This document shows positions 54,814-64,000 of a stretch of 64,000 bases of DNA, piece by piece (the stretch's first letter is position 1; each line of letters opens with the position of its first letter). A model generated the notes under the pieces. The model searched no databases. It was not told the DNA's origin and saw only the letters and a list, made by a program, of their open reading frames with translations. The DNA is from Eledone cirrhosa (lineage: Eukaryota), in the NCBI GenBank assembly GCA_964016885.1, contig OZ024761.1, positions 15,872,001-15,936,000 on the forward strand. Reading direction: 5' to 3'. A program made the translations under genes and the position numbers.

Positions 54814-56414
54814 AATAAACCTTTTAAGGAATTACACCAGTCCAGCCTCCTGTTATTTTATAATTACATATATATATATCCTCACCACCATCATCATCAT
54901 TTAACGTCCATTTTTCCATGCTAGCATGGACGAGCTGTCCTGTTGTGAGATAGACCAGGTTGGGTGACCATGTCTTGCTCATACAGAACTGATTTTGGCT
55001 TGGTTACTACAGCTGGATGCCCTTCCTAAAGCCAACCCCATTTGCAGTGATTACTGGGTGCTTTTTGACATGACATCTACATGACTACTATACAGTGTGG
55101 GCTGGATGCTTTTGTATACAGTGTACACCCAGTATCCACGTTACTGGCATTTGCAGTCCTGGTTATTCGCGGAATTTTCCTTAGAACCTAACTAATAATT
55201 ATTCATGGAAACCACCACTTATTCGTGCGATTGTAAATATCTTCCGCGATTTTTTAATGGCTTTAATATATTTTCATGCTTTTTAACACTAAATTATTAA
55301 TAACAATATACCATATTTGCCGGCCTATATTTTATGTTATGTTTTGACATTTATAGGCATTTTTATGGCCCATGTCCAATATTCGCAGTTTTTCACTCTT
55401 TGCGGGTGCTCTAGGAATGTAAATACTGGAGGACAACTGTATCATCATCATCATCATCATCATCATCATCGTTTAACGTCCATGTTCCACGCTTGCATGG
55501 GTTTGGACAGGAGTTTTCCCACTTGAGGCAAGAGTGGTTGTCTTGCTCGCATAGGACTGTCTGGCGGGTTTTCTACAGCTGGATGCCCTTCCTAACACCA
55601 ACCACATTTATAGTGTGGGACTGGGAGGTTTTTACCGTGTTGCCTACACGGCCACATTACAGCGTGGACTGTGTGTTTTTTTGTCGTGACACCTACACGA
55701 TCTCATTTGTTTCGGCCTGGATGTTGTGGCACCAACATAACTTTACATTGAAAGGGGCGGTGTGGATGGGGTGGGGGTGGTGGGACGGGGGCGTATTTTG
55801 TTAGAGATGCCTACTGACTGTGGTAGGTTTTACTTTGTATTTAGGTAAGGCGGGTCTTCTCTATTACTGAGTGCCGCCAAAGATCTCGGTCCAATGACAT
55901 TGTCTTGGAGAGGTGTAAGTGTGTGAGGTCGGAGTTTATCAAGTCGTCCCAGGTTTATCTGGGTCTGCCTACTCCGTGGCTACCGTCTATCTTTATTGCC
56001 CTGCACTTTTTTATACAGCTGTCGTCTTTCATGCGCACATACATATATATCGATCTAAACCCTTATTATTTTATATATATATATCGCCCTCTCTCCTTGT
56101 CTAATCTGCACCAAACTGTATATCAGATGTCCCCTAGGAATCAAACCAGTTCAAATCTCTCTCTCTCTCTCTTCTCACCCTGTCTCTCTCTCTCTCTCTC
56201 TCTTCTCACCCTGTCTCTCTCTCTCTTTCTCCTCATATTTCTCTTTCTTCCCCTCTCTCTGTCCTATCTGCACCAAACTGAACATTAGACATCTCTAGGA
56301 ACCAAACCAGTCCAAACACTGCAGAATGTTGTCTTTAGGAAACATGCCAACCTTTCCTCCTCCTTCTCCTCATCTTTCAACTATTTTCATATAAATCTTA
56401 ACTCTCTCTACCTG

Positions 56415-56458
<44 letters not shown>

Positions 56459-57949
56459 ACTGCTTCACTCTGTCTTTGTCTCTCTCTCTCTCTCTGGCTG
56501 ATGCTAGAGCTGTGAAATCTTGCATGCATTAATATTAACTCTTCTTATTAACAACTACATTGTTTCTTTCCAGGGACTATGTTGAAAAATAAACCTCATT
56601 TGGTCATTCCATGAGAGTATCTTGGCCAGCCTATGAACATTTCAACTGACCCTCATAATGTAAGATACTTTTAACCCTTTAGCATTTATATTACTCTATA
56701 TATACTATTGTATTTTTGTGCTAAAAGTTTTATCTCATATAATATCGAATCTACAGGATTTTGATGTTATTTATTTTGAGAATAATATCTTAACATCAGT
56801 ATGAGTGGCAAGTTACGTCTGGTTTGAACAGAACGAGGTGAGCGAATTCTGGCCAGATACAGCCGGTTATAATACAGAGACCAGTGCTACCATTAGCTGC
56901 ATGATCCCAGAGCAGATGTGTCTTGAATTTTATAGATGGAGACCCTTTTTTTACTCACCGCTAGCAAAGCAATAACACCACTTAAATGCAAGGGCTTACT
57001 AAGAAGGGAGAAAAACAAGACAGAGAGAACATAATTCAAGGAGAGAAAAGTAAAAGGTCTACAGTTGGTCACAGCTTGGAGGCTCATCAGGCTGGTATTT
57101 ATTCCGATTTCCTTGGGGTTAAGCAACTGAATGTACAAGACTTCCCACTCCCACCCCACCCCTGATCAGGATCCCAGCCTACTCAAGGGTTAAGCCCCCA
57201 AATTCTACTGCAGGTACTCATTTTTAGCTGAGTGTACTGGAGCAATGTGAAATTAAGTGTTTTACTCAAGAACACAACACACAACCCAATCCAGGAATCA
57301 ATCCCACAAGATTATGATTGTAACTCCAACACTCTAACCACCATAGGCCTCATGCTTTCACAGTTACTTTAAAATACATAGGCCAGTGTGACCATTAGCC
57401 ACAGGATCCCAGGGCAGATGTGCATTCAACTTCATAGAAGGTGGACACTTGCCGTATAGTACTTTCAGAGGTCAGCGGCAACATCAACTGCAAGATCTTG
57501 GTGCGGGTGCATACTGGAATTTTAGGAGATGGAGGCTTGCTGTAAGCTATTTGCAGAGGTCAGCTCTACTTGTAGCCACAGGATACCATAGCAGACAGTG
57601 TGGAGGTCATCGAAGACGGAAACTCACTCCTACTATTCTGAAAGGCCCTGAAAGTGTTACAGGTACCATCATTTCTTCCCCATTTAACCCCTTAGCATAT
57701 ACATTACTCTATATTTACTATTGCATTTTCACAGTAAATGAAATTATTACATAATATCGAATCTATGAGATTTTGATATTATTTATTTTGAGAACACTAC
57801 CTTAATATTAGTATAAGCAGCTGGTTATGGCCGGTTTGAACAGAAAGAGGTGAGAGAATTCTGGCCGGATATGACTGGTTTAAATGTTAAAGAGTCAAAC
57901 AGTAAAAACAAAATAGAGCATAATTCTAAAAAGTCTAAAGTCTGTCTTA

Positions 57950-58203
57950 AGCCAGAAGGCTCATTTGGCCGGTGCTTATCCTGGTTTCATGGCGTGAAGT
58001 GACTGAGAGTACAAGACTCCCCCTGGACAGGACGCCAGTCCATTGCAGGGTTAAACTTCCAGCTATTGCTGGTACTCATTTTCAGCTGAGTATACTGGAA
58101 CAACGTGAAATGAAGTGTTTTGCTCAAGAACACAACACGCAGCCCAGGAATCGAACCCACGACATTATGATCGTAAGTCCAACACTCTTACCACTAGACC
58201 ACT
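57950..58203 (-). mobile_element. tRNA-derived SINE, second family; also 33775-33920, 34725-34885, 57075-57355, 58655-58915
   Basis: Reverse strand tggtctagtggtaagagt..gggttcgattcc (A/B boxes) and cagctgagtaaactggagcaa core. Confidence 0.7.
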
Positions 58204-61200
58204 AGAGCATAATTGCTAAGGCTTTATTTTGTAGTGGATTTAGGGCCACTGGGTGCTGAACTACAGTGCCCTACCCTAGTTTTCAATGGACTAGACTGGA
58301 GCATCTGCATAAACCTTCTCTTCCAGTAGAAGCATTCATCTGGTTAAAAACATTTGTGTGCTGTCAACACTCTCTGCACAGAGGGCTAAGTATGCTGTGG
58401 CTGATAATGCACCAAGGCTGCAGCATTTGCAGATTCCTTCCTTGGTGGTGTGAAAGTGTGGTGTCCGTTTTTTTGTGAGGTATATTTCTCCACACCTCAT
58501 CTATTTGATAGAGCTGCAGCCCTGGGTCAAGCAAAGACCAAGATTATACATCTCGTATCTTGGAATGTTGTCAGGCATTCACAGTTCTTTAGTAGCCAGG
58601 CAACGCGGCTGGCAGTATGTCAACCATAGCATACAATATAGAAAGTTATATGAAACAATGTGGCTAAGTGGTTAGGGTATTCGGGTCACGAGTTTGATTG
58701 CCAACAGTGCATTGAGTCCTTGAGCAAGATGCTTCATTTCAGTCCACTTAATGTTCTCCGACTGGCCAGTAATCAGTATTTGTATTTTTTAAATTTCTTT
58801 GAATTATTGTAATAAAATGCGTGGCTTAGTGGTTAGAGAATTGGATTCGCAATTGTGAAGTTGCAGGTTCAATTTCAGGTCCAAGCAATGTGTTATGTCC
58901 TTAAGCAACACCTTGCTTTTTCAGGCAGATTATATCACCAATGGAAACATTATTTCCTTGGTGTAATTTGACAAGTTCCACTCCACTCCACTCCACTCAG
59001 TAAACAAATGAGGTGTGGGATTTTGTTGAATGATTCGATCAATCAATATATTGTTGTGGTTTGATTCCTGGATTGGAATCAAACCACAATATATGTTATG
59101 TTCTTGGATGTTGCTTTTCATGCCAAGACTGCCCCTACCCCAACTATCATTAGAAAAACACACAAGATATTTCCTATGAGATACAAACCCATAAATGCTC
59201 AGTTAAATATACATAGGTATCAGTTGTAAACATTTTTTTTTCATTTCAAGCATTACTGACTTATGGGATTATATTGAACAGATGTCTTAAGTTGGAACTG
59301 TTCTAAGAAACAAAACCACCCATTTTAACCTATTATGTCCTATACCACATGAAACCATATTAACAAGACATTCTTGAAAAGTACAAGTCAGTAATATGAC
59401 TGCATCACATTAAAAATTGAAGTCTTTACTCTAATACTGCAAATTTTCACAACAATCTGTCCACTAGTAAAGAATCTATTAACATTTAAATTAACAAACC
59501 TATTTTTAAATATTTTCAACTGCATCATTACAGGATATTAAAAGATATATTTCTTTATTAGCCACAAGAGCGCACAAGAAAAGGGGACAATACAAAGACA
59601 TGCCGGGGATTTTACATACAGTCGTGTAAAAAATATAAAAACAAACAATTACAACAATCGAAATCCCCAATAGGGGGGAGTCGCCACAAATGGGTTGTTT
59701 AATACCCCGTCGATAGAACAACCCTCAACTCCAGGAGCGTGTTGTGCAAGTGCTCCTTTCTTCCTTTTGCTCTCTTCCTCAACCTACAGGCTTATAAACA
59801 GAGAAGGCCCAATCACTTGGGCCATTTTCGCTTCATTCACCCACCTTTCAGTAAATTTACTGGGGTGCAGTGCCTCTCTCTCCACCCTGATTCTCCTTCT
59901 AAAGTGATACTTAAAGAAGGGAATCAATTGTTGTCCGGAGAGAAAGGCATCTGCCCTCAGTCCTCTCAACCTCGTCCACCATATAACTTCTTTCACCATA
60001 GCCACCGTACAGAGGAAAACCGCTTCTCTTTCGTTTTTGAAAGAGGCTGGCGGTTTGATCCTTAAAAGATAACACTGTAAACATGGTTGATGCTAGGAAA
60101 CGCATCCAGCTGTAAAATACCCAGCCAAATTTACAGTCTTCGTCAGAACAAGGTGCGACACGATCCGTCTAACCCATGCAAGCGTGGAAAAACTGACGTT
60201 AAACAGAAATGATGAATGATGATGACTGCAAATTTTCACAACAATCTGTCAACTAGTAAAGACACTATAAACATTTGAATTAACAAACCCATTTTAAAAT
60301 ATTTTCTGCAAAATCATTTCTGGGTGTTAAGAGTTAAAGAGTTCCTGTATAAATTAGAATATTCCAACATAATTTGGTACGAGAACCTTTTGTGAAGTTA
60401 TATTACAAATACCATCTTAATCCTTAAGCATTTACATTACTCTATATTTACTATTGTATTTTTGTGGGAAAGGCTTTATCTTACATAATATTAAATCTAC
60501 AAGATTTCGATATTATTTATTTTGAGAAGAGTACCTTAACATAAGTATGAGTAGCCAGTTGAAGCTGGTTTGAACAGAAAGAGGTGAGAGAATTCTGGCC
60601 AGATGCAGCCGGTTTAAATGCTCAAAGGTTAATGAAATAATTTTGGTAAATCCCTTGAAATAATTATTTAATTAATTAATTAGAAAACAGAATATTTCGT
60701 TAGAAATATGGTCATGTAAGGGTTAAATGGGAAGAACAGGCAGTTTTCTTCTATCTGGTGACCACGGTAAAAGAGACAGACTATGGTGGACATGAGAATG
60801 AGGTGATGGTGGTGGAGGTGATGATTATGGTTATAGTTGTAGCTGTGGTGATGGCTGTAGCTGTGATGATGTTGATAATGATAGTGGTTGTGGTGATGAT
60901 AGTAGTTGGGATGATGGTGGTGGTGGTGGCGGTGGTGATTGCTGTAGTTGTGATAATGATGGTAGCGATAGTGGTTATGGTGATAGTGGTAGTTGGGATG
61001 ATGGTAGTGGTTGTAGTCATGGTGGTAGTGGTGATAGTGGTAGTTGTGATAGTGGTGATGGTGGTAGTAGTGATAGTGGTGATGGTGGTAGTAGTGATAG
61101 TGGTGATGGTGGTAGTAGTGATAGTGGTGATGGTGGTAGTAGTGGTAGTTGTGATAGTGGTGATGGTGGTAGTAGTGGTAGTGGTGATGGTGATAGTTGT

Positions 61201-61589
61201 GATGGTGGTAGTAGTGGTAGTTGTGATAGTGGTGATGGTGGTAGTAGTGGTAGTGGTGATGGTGGTAGTGGTGGTAGTTGTGATGGTGGTAGTAGTGGTA
61301 GTGGTGGTAACAGGTGAATTTCCATGTTGTCAAAAAAGCCGATGATGCGGTTGTGTGTGAAACAGTGAGCCTCATTCTCATTGTCACAGGTACTACTACT
61401 ACCACCACCACCACCACTACTACTACTACTACTGCTACTACCATCACCACTACTACCACCACCACCACCACCACCACCGCTACTACTACTACTGCTACTA
61501 CCATCACCACTGCTGCTGCTACCACCACCACCACTACTACCACCACCACCACTACTACTACTACCATCACCACCACTACTACTACTACC

Positions 61590-61621
<32 letters not shown>

Positions 61622-62034
61622 CAACACCACTGCTGCTGCTACCACCACCACCACTACTACTACTACCACCATCACTGCTGCTACTACTACTACTACCACC
61701 ACTGCTGCTACTGTTAATGATAGTGATGATTGCAGCAGCAACAGTAGTAGTAGTAGTGGTAGTAGTAGTAGTAGTGGTGGTGGTGGTGGTGGTGATAGTA
61801 GTGGTGGTGGCGGTAGTGATGGTGGTGGTGGTGGTGATAGTAGTGGTGGTGGTGGCGGTAGTGGTGGTAATAGCAGCAACAGTAGTAGTAGTAATAGTAG
61901 TAATAGTAGTAGTAGTAGTGGTGGTGGTGGTGGTAGTAGTGGTGGTGGTAGTAGTAGTAGTGGTGGTGGCAGTAGTAGTAGTAGTGGTGGCAGTAGTAGT
62001 AGTAGTGGTGGTAGTAGTAGTGGTGTTGGTGGTG

Positions 62035-62066
<32 letters not shown>

Positions 62067-62219
62067 GGTGGTGGTGGTGGTGGTGGTAATAGCAGCAACA
62101 ACAGCAGCAACCACTACCTTACATCACTACATCACATGACAGAATATACCACACTTCCTCAGTCTACAGACACCAATGGATGTTGCCATCGACAACGACG
62201 ACGACGACAACAGTATTAT

Positions 62220-63005
62220 ACATATTACAGGGCCTCTATGTGGTCTGGTCGCTCCCCCATGTTAAAAATAGCAGCCAAAATACCTAATGTTATACATATA
62301 CATATTATACATATTACAGGGCCTCTATGTGGTGTGGTTGTTTCAGATGCTAGAAACAACAGCCAAATACTCCATGTTGGGATTATACATATAACAGGGC
62401 CTCTATGAGGTGTGGTCGCTTCCCATGATAGAAAAAACAACTAAATACCCCATGTTGGGATTATACATATTACAAGGCCTCTATGTGGTATGGTCGCTCG
62501 ACCTGCTAGAAATAACTGCCATATCCCCTATGTTGGGATTATGTGTATTACATGGAGGAGAGTGTATGCTAGAAATAATAGTCAGACGCCCCCTTCCCCC
62601 TCCCCGGCTGGAAACACATCCTGCCATCTTAATGAAAGATACACTGGACAGAGTAGTATATGTTTTCCTGTAGTGTGGCCACACGACCTGCTAGAAATAG
62701 CAGCTAAATACACAATGTTGGGATTATACACATTACAGGGCCTCTATGTGGTGTGGTCCCGCCACATGTTAGAAATAGCAACTAAATATACAATATTGGT
62801 ATTATATGTATTACAGGGTCTCTATGTGATGTGGTCCCTCCACATGCAGTTGTTAATAAGAAGAGTTTAAATTAATGCATGAAATATTTCACAGCTCTAG
62901 CATCACTCCTTCATAGTCAACCGACAAACTTATCAGCCTTCCCCTCAAACATCTTCCTCTATGTGGTGTGGTCATTCAATCTGTTAGAAATAACAACCAA
63001 ATACT
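62220..63005. repeat. Degenerate tandem repeat, about 78-80-bp unit
   Basis: Recurring ggattatacatattacagggcctctatgtggtgtggtc..gctagaaatagcagctaaatac. Confidence 0.7.
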
Positions 63006-64000
63006 ACCTTAAATAAAGAAGGATGCACTTCACAAGGCATTATCCTCTATGTGGTCACTGGTTTAACTAGAAACGGCAGTCAACTACTCGTTTAACACAT
63101 TTGTTAACATATTTCGAGAAAAAAATCAGCAATTTGGAGTGATTTAGTAATATGACTAACTTTCTCATTATTAAGCTAGTGTTTGAAGAATAATTTAACG
63201 AAGGATCATCATCATCATCATTGTCATTTTTGCATTCATTTTTCCACGCTTGCATGTGTTTTGACAGGTCTTTCTCAGCACAACATCTCTCCACTAGCCA
63301 TGTTCCTTCATCATCTCCTCTGTGAGTCTCAGTGATTTGAGATCAGCTCTCACCATCTCTGCACAGGTCTTCCTAGGTCTACCTCCACTGCAGCTTCCTT
63401 CCACCGGGATTTCCTGCCACTTCTTCACCCAGCGATCATCATCCAAGCACATCATAGTCTCCTCTCTTGCACACCACTTTGGATTATTCCTCTTAAACCC
63501 AGCTTCTATCTCAGCTCATCCAAGCTCTGCCTTTCTCTCACATTTACATTGCACATCCAACGAAGCATAGTTGCTTCATTTCTCTCCAGTCTACACATGT
63601 CCTCTGCATTCATTGCCCATGTTTCACTACCATGCAGGGAGAAACCTTTTGTTGTCAACAGTGGTAGTAGCTCTCTAAACTTTTTCCATCCAATTTCTAG
63701 CTATTTTGCTCTCATGAATTTATAAATGAAGGTTTTTGGATAAATATAAACGATTTTAACTGAATAGTTTTGTATCATAGAACCAAGGGTGGTTTGGTGT
63801 CCTAAGTGTTAAAGTAGTTAAGATTGTAAATACTGCCAGACATTCTCTAACAATTCTGCATAGTCACCACCTCAGACTGGTCCTTTATCAACAAACCCCC
63901 AACAGTTTTGTATCCAAGAGGGCTCTTTTGTTATGTTAGGGGAACAATGACCTCCTTGGTGTGTGTTATCTACACAATAAATACATAGTCATCATCATCA

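Overview
AT-rich, microsatellite-laden animal DNA; the repeat landscape resembles a coleoid cephalopod (octopus-like), which is an inference. The window lies inside one minus-strand gene, a novel-type protein kinase C (PKC epsilon/eta, Apl II-like). Eight phase-compatible exons run from the pseudosubstrate/C1A exon (36508-36664) through C1B and the hinge (with a His12 tract) to the start of the kinase domain (344-517); the C2 exons and the rest of the kinase lie outside or were not found. Several candidate phase-1 microexons lie in the hinge introns. The introns hold RTE, R4/Dong and L1/Tx1-like LINE pieces, tRNA-SINEs, TTAA-MITEs, a DD37D mariner, a decayed hAT-like transposase, four minisatellites and many minimal hammerhead ribozymes, often in fold-back palindromes. 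The stand-out is a 2030-bp perfect palindrome of a 5'-truncated Penelope-like retroelement (43148-45233) whose sense strand appears massively A-to-G converted in its endonuclease motifs, its CA microsatellites and its own hammerhead. This suggests an ADAR-hyperedited RNA that was reverse-transcribed back into the genome. Most ORFs in the supplied track are microsatellite artefacts.
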